Shown here one piece after another: positions 26,455 through 39,568 of a stretch of 64,000 nt of DNA. The stretch's first letter is position 1. Each line of letters opens with the position of its first letter. Origin of the DNA: Malacoraja senta. Its lineage: Eukaryota. The stretch spans positions 8,558,001-8,622,000 of the forward strand of contig CM075989.1 of the NCBI GenBank assembly GCA_038087875.1, read 5' to 3'. Both the position numbers and the translations under genes were made by a program. The notes beneath the pieces are model-generated. The model ran no database searches, was not told where the DNA came from, and was given only the letters and a program-made list of their open reading frames with translations.

Positions 26455-27156
26455 ACCCCTGAGCATTCTACCCTTTGAAGGTGACAAAGATGAGTGTGTG
26501 GAGCAGCTGAACCAGCCAACAGTGTGTATTCACATATCTAGTGCTGACGTTCAAAGACTAATATCACCCTCTAATTTTGCAAAGATGGGGGTATTGAGCC
26601 TTTGCAATCTGAGGGAGCAATCTCACTCCTCACTCCCTGCAACAGATTCTCTCCACATTAGCATCAACTCTGTTGAGACGAAGGAGATCTTTAGGTTCCT
26701 CAAATCTTCATTTTGGTAGGTCCTGTCTGAAGGCCAATCCCCAACTCAATACCTTTGTGTCTGGAGAAGTATTGACCACAGCCGTGTACACACACATTGA
26801 CTGAGCATTGGCAACCTTCTGGCCTAAAGAATTCCAAAAATTCCAAACCCTCTAAATGAAGATATTTCTCCTCAGAGCTGTCCTAAGTGGCCAATCTATG
26901 AAGTGTGTTTCCAGTTCTCAACTCTCCAGGTACAGGAACTAATATTCAACGTTTACCCTGAGAATCAACATCAGATTTACAGCTCAATGAGATCACTTTT
27001 CATTATTCTATAAAGTAGAGGACAACGTTTCTTCAGTCCTGAGTGTGGCATTAGAGTAATGATTATAATTTTATCAGAAGACATAGGAGCAGAATTATGC
27101 CATTCAGCGCATCAGGTCAGCTCCACAAGGGTACGTCATGAAGTAAAGATTATTAC

Positions 27157-27307
27157 CATCGACATCATAGACTTGGAAGAGGAAGTGTAGCTTGTCTGTT
27201 TCACTCCCGTGCGTGAGGAGATTTAGAGCCTTCAGCAATTCATCCAGGCTTATGCTGCCACTCCCATCAGAGTCAAACAGAGCAAAAAACCTTTCTGCAA
27301 AGAAGGA
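27157..27307 (-). CDS. NOX5: NOX5 coding exon 2 (EF-hand 2, start of EF-hand 3)
   Basis: Translates SFFAERFFALFDSDGSGSISLDELLKALNLLTHGSETDKLHFLFQVYDVD. Acceptor tattttgccag, donor G|gtaata; 151 nt, phase 0 to 1. Confidence 0.96.
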
Positions 27308-29152
27308 CTGGCAAAATAGACAAAGAAACAAAAATAAAATTAAGCCTTCCTGGAATCAATAGCACAAATCCCAGCCCATCCTGCAATCACAGTAAAGTCG
27401 CAACATGTCCTCATTGATATATTCTAGACCCTATCTCCTCATTACAATTTTATTTCAGGTAACATTTGTTTCTTTATCCAATCACTTAGTTCTGTGTCCT
27501 CTGGTTCTTGACACTTGGGAAACATTACTCTTTCTGTTGTCGGGCCCTTCATAGCAGATGCATCAGATCTTTGAAAGGACTATTTAATTAGATTCTTTCA
27601 CCTCTTCATTGTCCAAAGCATTACAAACCCTTACATTTCAATTTCTTAACCATGTCCCTTTTTAAGGTTATGTTTTAATCTGCCTCCAGTAACCTTTTCT
27701 GGAATGGTATTACTGGTCTTAACAATGACGATAGCTGGTCAGAACTTTCCTGGTCCGAACAACATTCTCCATTAAAAGGCATACTCGTGTTTCTCTCTCG
27801 TTCTTGATTTTGAAATATTACCCTTTGTATAATTTAAGTGTTAGGAAACAGATTGAAGTCGAAGCTTCAGTGCAAAATTTGAGCGTGCAATGGAAGATTT
27901 GAAAAGAGTGCAGGGGAAAGGGAACAATAAGGAGAGTAAGAATTGGAATCTCCAGCAAGAACACAGAAACAGTGTTGATGACGAGATAATGATTATCCTG
28001 GCTGGGATCAGTGGACTCAGGACTTCAACAGGAAAGAAGACTTACTTTGCTTATTGAACTATCTAAGAGGAATTCAACTGGGGTATTAAACATTGTAACC
28101 ATGCCCATTGGTTGGATGACACCTCTTTGGATCCATGTGTGGGCAGATGTGTCCTAATCTTCAACACAAAGGGCTGGAGTAACTCAGCGAGTCAGGCAGC
28201 ATCTCTGGTGAAAAAGGATGGGCGACGTTTCGGATCATAACCCTTCCTGATCTTTATTGGTTTGATATGATGATCTATCAATACAAACATCAACAGTTTT
28301 ACCCTGGCGCACTGTCAAAATAACCAGGTAACTTCAGCTCCGACCAAGTCCAGATCATGTGGTAGAGTTGAATGGGGGTAGGGGGTGGGGAAGGAGGCAC
28401 ATTAGAATTGAGTATTAGTAAGGGGTTGGGTCTTGTTTAGCTCAATGAGTAAGTGGGTTGGGGGCAGGTTGTAGCAGGAAGTTGATAGTCAAGTTTGTAG
28501 TGGGGGGGGGGGGCATGGATAGGGCTAGTGATTGTAAAGGCAGAAGGGATCTTATTGGGGAGGGTGATGGCTCTATGTGAAGTTTAAGGGGGTTAGGCTA
28601 CAGATAGGCAAATGTGAGGGGAAGCCAAGCAAAGGTTCTGCTGGTAGATGGATGTGCGGAAGGGGAGGTTTGTCCAAATGAGAGCCGTCATGACGGGTCA
28701 GTACATATCCAAGAGTTGCTGGTCCCCAATGCTGGAGTTGTCAACCTGCGGCTCCCACAGGTAGGGTCTCTAGTGATATCAAAGCAGTTTGCAAAGATTT
28801 TATATCAAGTTTTATAAAAGCGTCTGCATGAGTGGCCACCCTGTCTGTGATTCAAAATCATAATGGTTGCATTCAAATGTTTCTAATTCAGATGCTACTA
28901 TTTATCTCTGTGATCCTCAACATTTGAACATAAAAGAGAGTCCACATTTTACCTTTGCGCTTATTTTCGTTTAAGTTAAATCACACAGCACATAAAAACA
29001 TGGCGTGTGGCAATCTGATTGCCCGCCTACAGTGGTTGTTCACAGGAAAGATATTGCACTTATTCCAGTTTAACTCTAACAAGCTGAGATGACTGAGGTA
29101 TGAAATGGCAGCGGATGTGAAATACTCTCTTAGTGCATGAATTAATGCTTGC

Positions 29153-29266
29153 CTCTTTCACTTTGAGAGCTGTCTTGAATTCTTTCAAATCAATCTCCTT
29201 ATCCTCGCCGGCGATATTTTCGAACTGTTTAGTTACCCACTCCAACCATTTGGCATCATCATCCAT
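29153..29266 (-). CDS. NOX5: NOX5 coding exon 1 (ATG, EF-hand 1)
   Basis: Translates MDDDAKWLEWVTKQFENIAGEDKEIDLKEFKTALKVKE (38 codons). Acceptor ttttgcctgttacag ends at 29277, 10 nt before the ATG. Donor GAG|gcaagc is phase 0 and joins SFFAERFF of the next exon. Confidence 0.93.
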
Positions 29267-32200
29267 GCTGATAGTGCTGTAACAGGCAAAACATGATTCC
29301 GCAACTGATCAATACATGGAAACAGCAAATGGCATTGGAAATAACATCTCAATTCCTCCAACCTTTCTCTCCAAAGTTACCAATCATTCCCTAAAACCTC
29401 ACAAAAGGTTTACTTATCCATTGAAGCCTTCAATACATTTTTCTGAAGGTCCGAGAGATATTGATTATAAATGTTTCTCTCTACTTACTTATAATTCCCA
29501 ACTTGCATTCTGCTGCATTTAGACCTATGTCTATTGTCTATTTTAGACCTGCATTTAGACCATGTCTATTGACCTGTTGTCAAAACAAACAATGAGAAAA
29601 GTATAATTTTGACAGATGTCATTTTAACTTCATCAAGTTATCGGGGAAGTAATATCTGTAACAGTACTTGCAGCTTTATGCTCCAAACCTTCAAGGAAAC
29701 ATTGATGCTTTAAGAAAGATACAGATACAAATGGGGAATCTAACCACATGGAGTCTCAGGTAAACATCTCCCAAAACATATTAATTGATCTATTTTAATG
29801 CTGAGAAACTGACTATATATTTACAACACATATTAAGGAAGATTTTTACTTATTATTGCAGAATATTGTAAATGTGCATAAAACTCAGATACACCTTCCG
29901 GTCAAAGAGACAAGCCACATAGATTGTTATTTATTGAATCTATCAAATCTTCAAATACTCTATTTTGAACTGGCTACATGAATGATATATTCTCTGTCTT
30001 CTGAAGATATGTGACTTGTTTTACTTTGAATGCGTTGTTGAAATGCTCCAAATCCGTTCCCTTGTCCTCACCGGGATTAATTCCAAAATGCTACCAGCAT
30101 TTTTTCCTTCTGCTTCATCTAATTTAATATTATTAAGTTTGGCTCCCCAAAAAAATGGTTTCATTGATGAAACATGGAAACAGTGATCTAAGACATTACA
30201 ATAGTGTAATGCAAAGACAATAATTTAATTAAAGACAGAAGACTGGGATTATAACATAAGCATCTCATTTGAAAAGATGATAACTAATTACAAATAAAGT
30301 CATTTCATTGGTGCTTTATATTGATTTTTGATTCATGTTTAGTTAATTGGTAAAATACGTAATTATTTATTAAAGGTCATATATATACATGGGCAATGGG
30401 AAGAAATAAGATTAAGAACTAACTCCAAAAACAACTCTTCATGGTGAATTCTAAGTTCAATGGAGGCTCAAATATCTGTATTTAAGTTTTAGTAGTATTT
30501 AATATTTAGTTGTATTTAATTGTCGAAGTTCCCATGTATTAGGAGGTTTGAGGACATGGATTACTTTAATAAGATTCAAGCATAATGGTGAACAAAGGGG
30601 TGGCAGGAGCATGAGAACATAATCTCCTTCTGTGCAGACCTACTGTCTGTGAAACAGGTTAGAATATTACAACATGAGAAAACAGAAGCAGGATTACTGA
30701 AGAAACAAGGAACTGCAGATGCTGGTTTACCGAAGACAGACACAAAATGCTGGAGCAACTCAGTGGGTCAGGAAGCATCCTTTGAGAACATGGATAGGTG
30801 ATGTTTCGGTTCGGGTCTGAAGAAGGAACCCCTTCAGAAACATCAGCTAGCCATGTTCTCTCCAGAGATGCTGCCTAACCCGCTGGGTTACTCCAGCATT
30901 TTGTGTCTTCCGCAGGAGCAGGATTGCATTACTCAGCCCCTCAAACCTGCCCTGCTATTCATTGTGGTCATGGCCTCACCTGCTCTTCTGTGCCAGTTCC
31001 CTGTAGACCTCAATGTCCTAATCTTTCCAGTAATTATTTGATTCCATTTTAAATAATCCCAACGGTCAAGTCCCCATAATAACAGGATGCTAGAAATGTA
31101 CTTCTACAAGAAGTTGCTCTAACGCACCCCAACTTTTTAACAATGTCCCCTCGTTCGATTTGCCTCCACCACCACCAGCCCCCCCCCCCCCCCCCCCCCA
31201 CCCCATCACCCTCTGTGTAAAAATAAAAGTTAAAACATAAACTATTACAGATGTGGCCAGACTTGCGGAATATTTCCAACACTTTCTGTTATTATATGAA
31301 ATGCAATGCAACCCGCAGATCTCCATTCGAGATTATCCCTATAGTGCATCTACTCCCTCATGCTCCCTTATATATTTGAAGATTAGCAATTATAGGTTTT
31401 GAGTCAGGGTGTTATATATTTAGTTAGGAAAAACAAAAAAATGCTGGAGCAACTCAGCAGGTCAGGCAGCATCTGTAGAGCCAAGATAAGACACAAAATG
31501 CAAGAGTAACTTAGAGGGTCAGGCCGTATCCCTGGAGCCAAGGAAAGATTGAATCTGCTGGCAACAGTTCGATATCAAAGAGGTTTTCAGTTGGAGGGAA
31601 TGAAAGAAAATGCCTGTGAAGGGGTGGCAGTCAAGAGAGATGCAGACAGATATTTGCTAAGGAAAGGTATGTGTTCCTGCTTAGGATATCCATCGCTCTC
31701 CTCCACCTTGCTCACCCTCAATGACTTCTGCTCTCCTTCTTGTTCTTCCTGAGCTGTTGATTGAAACTCACTTCCATGTCCACATCTCTTTACTTCGCCA
31801 ATGTCTCCAGCTGAGAGTATCTGGCTCTTCCCTCCTTTGGACACATCTTCCAACCCTACCTATTCTGGTGCATGTGGGACTCCAGAGCCATCTCAATGCA
31901 ATTAAAAGGTATCGTGAGAGAAATAGAGGAGAAGCAAGGACCTTCTTCATCCCTCTTCTACTACAGCTGCTGACCTCTTGGGGACAAATGCACCCAGGAA
32001 CTTTCCTGAGTCTCGATCAGTTGACTATCCCTGGGGTCAGTGAGCATTGGCAGGCGGCCCCACTTTGTAAGCCTTCACAGCCAGCACTCATAAATGTCCT
32101 CTGAAATAGCCCAGCAAGACATTAGTTTATGAGGCAATTAGACGGGCAACTAAAACAGGTGGGTGACCCCCCACAACCTGAAAAACGAATGGACAAAACA

Positions 32201-32902
32201 CTTTAAATAGAAATGGATTAAAAGCTATATTTGCATACCACAATGCCATCTTTATTTATCGGCTATCAGGAACACCTGGGCAGCGAGCTTTAATTAAGTG
32301 TGCTTATTTGTTCCTTCTTGGAAAAAGGTGATGTGTGATTACAATTTGTCGTCATTGCTATTGAGATGTCAGAACCAGCAAGCAGGATGTCAAACGATTT
32401 CACGCCGTTCATCTTAGCATTTAATTAAAATCCTAAATAAACACCCTCACACTGCCAACCTCACAGTTAATTTAGAATCACCGGGTGGCGCCCGCAATGG
32501 CCGCCTCGCCAACAGTCTGTCTCGCCCCTTCCTTCCTTCGTTGTTGTTTTTAAGTATGTGTTAAATATATGTTTTAGTGTTCTTTAGCTTGTTTTATGTG
32601 AGAACAGGATAGGTGACATTTTGGATTGTGACCCTTCTTCAGACTAAATTTGATTAGATTTGACGAGAGAGTAGTTGAGAAGAGGCACTATATTCACTTA
32701 TTTATTTACTGCAGAGGTTGACTTTATTTGGGAGGACCCAAGGATGTTTCTGAATCAGATGTCCTTTCTTTAGATATCCCTGCCATCAGTATATCAGTAT
32801 GCATTGGAGTGTTCTCTCAATGTATAAACTATCAAAGCTAAGAGCTATTGAAATCCAAGATAACCAAATGTCTGGACTATAGATGAGTGAATGGTTATGG
32901 GG

Positions 32903-33143
32903 TTCAAGAAGGAACTGCAGATGCTGGAAAATCGAAGGTAGGCAAAAGTGCTGGGGAAACTCAGCGGGTGAGGCAGCATCTATGGAGCAAAGGAAATAGG
33001 CAATGTTTCGGGCCGAAACCCTTCTTCAGTCTTCATCCATTGATGCTTCTGCACCCGCTGAGTTTCTCCAGCACTTTTGCCTACCTTCGATTTTCCAGCA
33101 TCTGCAGTTCCTTCTTGAACCCCATAACCATTCACTCATCTAT
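32903..33143. mobile_element. Inverted (foldback) Penelope terminal pair
   Basis: aagaaggaactgcagatgctggaaaatcgaagg... and its reverse complement. Similar units at 2331-2457 (TSD actgattttgaat 2318-2330/2458-2470), 44125-44380 and 59345-59433. Confidence 0.8.
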
Positions 33144-35319
33144 GGGGAACAGGCAGGAAACAGGCAGAGATCAAGCTCAGATCAACCGTGACCTTATTGA
33201 ATGACTTGAGGCTGCCAGGACTAAATGGCACTTTTAATCAAAAAAAAGTATTGTTTCAAGTTAAACTTTATTTTAAATTTGTGCGTCTGAGCCCTCCTAT
33301 TGCCTCTGATCTTGTGACCTTCTATTTAGTTGGGTAACTGGAGAAGAGTCAGGAGTGGGAGGACTTCCTGACGTGATTTACTTTCCAAACATAAACTGGG
33401 CGCAATAGAAATGATCAACAGGAAGATAAGCCATGAGAGGATGCCAGATACAAACCAACTGCTTTATTTCGACTGTCACCTTCTCCAGGAAAAACTATTG
33501 TCAATGGGTTATGCTGTCGATCAAAAAAAAACTTAGATACAAATCCTTTAAACCAAGCAGCAGTTTGAAGTGAATATCCTACAGCTTTATAAGCTCGTAA
33601 TATATGGTGGTTCTTCTTTGATAATGTATGGGTCGATGTCTTTTGAAGCAGATGATTTGTCCCACGTTCTACATTTTGGAATAGACTCATCGGCAAGAGA
33701 TAAGGATTTGATTTCTGATTTCTGTATTTCTGTACAGAAACTTAATCATGAGGGCATAGATAAGGTGAATTGCCACAATATTTTCCCAGGGTAGGGGAGT
33801 CTTAAATGAGAGGGTAGAGGTTCCTGGGAGAGGGAAGATTTAAAAAGAACCCGAGTGGTAACGTTTTGCTGTTAGCCAAGAATTAGGCAATGGGATAAAG
33901 CCATTTTTGACTGACATGGACATTATAATCTTCATAAATTCATAAGTGGTAGGAGCAGATTTAGGCCATTCGGCCCATCCAGTCTACTCCACCAATCAAT
34001 CATGGCTGATCTATCGCTCCTAACCCCATCCTCCTGCCTTCTCCTCATAACCCCTGACACCCGTACTAATCAAGAATTTGTCTTGAATCTGCCTTAAAAA
34101 TATCCACTGACGGCCTCCGTAGCCTTCTGTGGAAATGAATTCCACAGATTCACCACCCTGTGGCTAAAGAACATCATCCTCATCTTCCTAAAGGAACATC
34201 CTTTAATTCTGAGCCAAGACCTCTGGTCCAAGACCCTCGGACTAGTGAAAACTTCTTCTGTGTTCGACGATTCTAAGGTTCTATGAAGAGAATGCCAAGC
34301 ATAGTCCACTATAATTTTGTATTTTCAGCTGCTGCAGTAATTTGCTTTCTAGATGTTGAGATTTTTTCCATGTGTGCTGCAGGAACAGAGTAACAAATGT
34401 AAAAAGATTAACTAATAAATCCAAAAAGAAATTTAGGAGAAACATCTAGAACCAGAAAAGAGTTAAAATGTGGAACTCGTGGACGGTGGAGTGACTGAGA
34501 TGAACAGCATGGATACATGTTCATGCAGCAGAGATGAGAAAGGAATTGAATGATGGCAGTGGATGGAGATGGTTTGGTGCAGGGACATGTGGAATATAAA
34601 AGCTAGACTGGCTGACATGTTACATTGCTGCATTTACCACATTAAGTTATTTACTAGCATGGTTATTGTATACAATGAGCACCCAAGAGACTTGGTAGGC
34701 CAACGCTTTCTCTCTTCATTTGATCTATTTTTCCACTTTCTTTTCGTTTTTCCATGTAGGTTGTTAGGGCTGTATCCATGCCCTCCGATGAAGGTTATCT
34801 ACAACTTGCAGTCATGCTGTATGTGAAATGAGTCTGACCTGCCCACTGCACTGCCTTAGTGAAGTGGATGCACTTTGCAGAAGTGGAATCGCCAAATGGA
34901 TATCTGACTGAAGACATGGCTCTCATTCAGGGTGTCAGACGAGGGTTTAAAGGAGGAACTTAAATGAAAGAAGAAAAGAAAAACTTAGGGAGGGATTTTC
35001 ATGGGATATTTGGAGAATCCTTTGATCAAATGATCGAACTTACAAAAATCTCTCATACATTAGCAAGTAGTAATAATGATAATATAATGATAACATATTT
35101 CATAGGATCCATTAATAACTGGATATTGAATATATTCTATGAATTTAATTGTGGATATTCCTAGAATGATCATTTACTGGTGAGAGAGTTACTGCGAGCA
35201 TTTGCTGAGTGGTATAATAGAAGCATTTAAGAGGCTTTTGGATAGGCATATGGATGTGCAGGGAATGGAGGGATATGAATTGTGTGCTGGCAGATAAGAG
35301 TTGGTCCCGGCATTATGTT

Positions 35320-35449
35320 GGGGTGTGAAATTGCAACCTTCATGTGGTCTGCCCTGTTTCGCCGAATGCAATCAACCTGGCGTGCACAATCAAATAGAAC
35401 AAGTTGTCCTACAAACTTTAGGCTGTGCACGCCATACGCAAGAAGAAGA
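35320..35449 (+). mobile_element. Second, more diverged copy of the HDV-ribozyme retroposon, inserted in an old CR1 tail
   Basis: Same 5' start (ggggtg), with P2, P3 and CGAA retained and an aagaagaag tail. TSD ggcattatgt at 35309-35318 and 35450-35459. Confidence 0.75.
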
Positions 35450-36915
35450 GGCATTATGTACAGCAGAGACGTCGTGGGCCAAAGGGCCTATTCTTGTGCT
35501 GTACTGTTTTGTATTCTAATATGGGTAGCTGGAGAAAACAGATTTTTATGTCTTACAGAGAAATCAGCAGATGGACAGTTCCCAGGAATGGAAGCCAGGG
35601 ACTCCTTGCATTGTCACCCTGTCATGAGTGCTCAGGCTCAGTATTGGTTTTCGGCCCGAGTAGGATCCGAGGACAACTCCATGAATCCAATGTCACCCAA
35701 ACCAGGCAGAGAAAAAGAAGTCAGTATTCTCACTCCCATTCCTAACTCCTAGTTGGAGCAGAAGAAAGCTTCCCCAAGCCAATGCCAGGAGTGGAAATGT
35801 GATTTGCAACCATCGGCGCTTTCAGGAAAACAAACGGGACAGTTTTTGTAAAAATCCTCAGCACAGTTTGGTGCAGAAATTAGTTGTTGTTTTCAAATAA
35901 ACTCTGCATTTCCTGAATGTTTTCAGTAAAGTGTGGTTACCTGAGGCTCTGTCTTCGCTTGTGTAACTGGACTCCTTCCCTTGATTTGGGTGGCCCCAGA
36001 TGTAATTTGCTCAGATGCCGCCTTCCTGGTTTAATGTCAGAGGAAGAAACAGATTAATTGTTGTTCCTTTCCCACTTGTGATGCTGGTCTGGGTGGAATC
36101 ATCAATTGAAGATAAAGCACACATTACACTTATTTGCAATTGTAAAATTACAACTTAATAACCAGAGAAGAAAAAAAGTCAAAATTAGATTTCTTAAGAC
36201 AAGTTATAAACATTACAGCACCCGATATAAGGTGACCAGACAAACTGCGTTTCACATTCCTACATGCAAACTCTCAAGGCTCCAGAATGTTTCTGAACTA
36301 TGTGGGAGGTAAGAAGGTGTAGGCGTATAAAAAGTGAGTTCCAGAGAATGAGGTTATGATCTTGTAAGGGACATATCACTGGGAAGATAACTGACATCAT
36401 CTGTCAGTGCAGCATTTGAAAGAGGTCAAGGTTAAACCCCAATACGTTTTTTCAATTCAACCAGCAATCCAAGACTTATACCCATCTCGCTGTCGCAAGA
36501 GAGCAACCAATATCATCAAAGACACCACCCACCCAGCACACAAACTGTTCACCCATCCGGCAAGCGCTACCGCAACATGCGGAGCAAAACCACAAGATTC
36601 AAAAACAGCTTTTTCCCTCAGGCAATCAGACTACTCAACACACTCAAGAAAATTCCATGAACATTACACAAAGACCAACTGACTGTCAAATTAACTTTAA
36701 CCCAATGTCTGCAGTATGCTATTTGCACTTTTCTATATTGCACCTTTTATTAATGAATATTTTATATAATGTATATGTCTATTGTCTATTTTTATTGGTA
36801 TATTGTCTGTTATAAATATTACTTGCACATTGGAGTATGGGGAAACACAATTTCAATCCTCTGTGTAACTACTTGTTGCATTATTTGAATTGACAATAAA
36901 GTTACTATTACTAAC

Positions 36916-37630
36916 TTGTGTAAAGTCAATGCCGTGGTAAAAGCTAGCTTCTTTCAGCTTCGGACGATAGCTAAAATAAAACAATTCCTCCAGTTTGATG
37001 ACCTCGAAAAGATCATCCACACATTCATCTCCTCCCGCCTAGATTACTGCAACTCCCTTTACACTGGCATCAGCCAATCTTCCCTGTCCCGCCTGCAACT
37101 GGTCCAAAACGCCGCAGCGAGACTCCTGACGGGCACCCGAAAAAGGGACCACATCACCCCGATCCTGGCCTCTCTCCACTGGCTCCCTGTGCGGTTCCGT
37201 ATAAACTTCAAGATCCTCCTCCATGTCTACAAAGCCCTCAATGGGCTTGCCCCCACCTACATAAAAAAGTCTTCTAACCCACCACTCCACCTCCAGGCCC
37301 CTCAGATCGTCCGACTTGGGGTTGCTGAATATCCCACGGTCTAGGCATAAGCTCAGGGGCGACCGCGCCTTTGCGGTTGCAGCCCCTAGACTGTGGAACA
37401 GCATCCCCTTTCCCATCAGAACTGCCCCCTCCATCGACTCTTTTAAGTCAAGACGAAAGACTTATCTATACTCCCAAGCCTTTCCTGACATCCTCTGAGT
37501 GAGGGCTACATGTATATATGTATGTAGTTTGTTTTGTTTTGTGCTATGCTTATAACAAATGTAAAGCACTTTGGCCAACGAGAGTTGTTTTTTAAATGTG
37601 CTATATAAATAAATGTGACTTGACTTGACT
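36916..37630 (+). mobile_element. L2-clade LINE 3' fragment
   Basis: Translates SRLDYCNSL...LQLVQNAAARLL...HITPILASLHWLPV; AATAAA plus a (gactt)n tail. Confidence 0.88.
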
Positions 37631-38963
37631 AAAGTGCCAACTTGAATCTGTTTCCACCACCGATTAGGCAGTTGTGTCCAGACCATGACAACGTCCTCTA
37701 TAAATCAAATTGCCACATCCCACTTTTAGAGCTGTTGCCAATTAAGCCGAATCTATTCCTTCAGGTTACTGATCCTGCTGCCAAAGTAAACAGTATTCAC
37801 TCTTCATGGTCTATCAAAATCTTCATTGATGTGTATGATCTGTGTAGTTCACGTTACACCAATTGGTTAAAAGGTCGTGTATGATTCAATCAAAGGCACG
37901 TGTCTGATAAGTCTTTTATTAGCGTACAGATCAATATCAGAAAAACAATGCTTCTCGCGCCTTCTTATCGAGTCCACACACACGATTAGAAGTTGTTCAG
38001 CCAGAGTTGAACACACTTCTCGGCATCTGCATACAATGGTGTCTGCCTTGCGCTTCTTGTGCTTCTTGGGCGTGGTGGTGGAAAGATTGGTGAAAACAGG
38101 GGCCGCGACGTGAACGCTCTTTCCTTGACCCCATGCTTCTCGCTATAAATCACATGTTCAGTTCCTCGGGTGTGAGGAACCACAAGGGCAGAGTTAACAT
38201 GATAGTGGGAAACGTGACTGTGGAGAAACGATCAAAGGTGGGCTTTGAAGCGGGCGTCATTTCCACTTCGCCAAATTTCAGACTTTATGGGCAGATACTA
38301 GAAATGTTGTGTTCTTGGAGATACTGAGGCGAGGATGAATTCTGTTCCTCCAGATAGAAATGGACCCGTGTTGGAAGGAACCGCAGATGCTGGTTTGCAC
38401 CGTAGACACAAAATGCTGGAGTAACTCAGCGGGACAAGCAGCATCTCTGGAGTGAAGGAATTCCTTCTTGTGTGGTTGTTTGGATTTAGGTTTATTATTG
38501 TCGCATGTACTGAGGTGCAGTGAAAAACTTTGTTTTGCATGCTATCCGATTGTGGAGGTAATTCTCTTGGACTGATTCTGAGCAGGGTCAGAGAGGAGCT
38601 CCCTCCCACCAACTGGCTTGGGTTTTCATCTGTTATTTCACCCCAAAGTTGTGGACCCTGATGGATAAATATTGCATTTCAGAATGTGACTGACTAGAAG
38701 GTACAGTTGGTTTATTTCTGTTTGACATTCACCTGTCAACATCTGATGTTCACCTGTAAAGCACATGAGGTAAGTCTTATAATAATCTGCATTAGATCTA
38801 TAGTCATTCGTCACAAAAGGAAGATATTCAGGCTATTGCGGAATGTGATGGAATCAAAGGTACACGTTCACCAAGAGATTTAAATGTTACTGTGCAGGTC
38901 AATACCAGAAAGACAGGAACACATCATGTTGGAATTCTAGACAGTCAGCTGTTTTTCTCTTTT

Positions 38964-39568
38964 AAGTCAAGTCAACTTTATTTGTCACATACACATACAA
39001 GATGTACAGTGAAATGAAAGTGGCAATGCCTGCGGGAATGAGCAAAACAACAGAACAGCACCAGTATTTACATTAAAATAAAGACACAACAGTAATTACT
39101 GCCCAGTGAGATCAGTTTACAGTCCTGATGGCCTGTGGGAAGAAACTCCGTCTCATCCTCTGTTTTCACAGCGTGACAGCGGAGACGCTTGCCTGACCAT
39201 AGCAGCTGGAACAGTCCGTTGCTGGGGTGGTAGGGGTCCTTCATGATCTTGCTGGCTTTGGATCTGCACCTCCTGGTGTATAGGTCCTGCAGGGGGGAGT
39301 GTAGTTCCCGTGGTGCGTTTGGACGAACGCACTACTCCCTGCAGAGCCTTCCTGTCCTGGGCAGAGCTGTTGCCAAACCAGATCGAGATGTTTCCAGACA
39401 GGATGCTTTCTACAGCACCAGAGTAGAAGGATTGAAGGATCCTCGGAGACACTCTGAATTTTCTCAGCTGCCTGAGGTGGTAAAGGCACTGCCTTGCCTT
39501 ACTCACCAGTGCGGCAGTGTGTGTTGTCCATGTCAGATCCTCTGCGATGTGGACTCCCAGGTATTTTA
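38964..39568 (-). mobile_element. Rex1/Babar-type LINE 3' fragment
   Basis: Translates KARQCLYHLRQLRKF...FYSGAVESILSGNISIWFGNSS..DRKALQ; (ttgac)n tail. Older copies at ~700-1180, 36460-36915, 47370-47770 and 62740-63320 (+). Confidence 0.8.

Noticed and set aside
24392..26672. Similar ~85-bp segments at ~24392-24485 and ~26587-26672 flanking NOX5 exon 3
   Set aside because: They are diverged direct copies, best explained as old repeat fragments; there is no evidence of function.
31587..31853. 88-aa minus-strand ORF (MEDVSKGG...) as a NOX5 N-terminal exon
   Set aside because: Its best donor (AGG|gtgagc, ~31715) is phase 0, while the 29276 acceptor needs phase 2, and it has no recognisable homology. 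It could still be a 5'UTR exon.
37039..37434. Antisense or overlapping ORFs (also 9865-10245, 23390-23671, 39243-39569, 61567-61920)
   Set aside because: They are shadow frames of LINE or PLE coding fragments.
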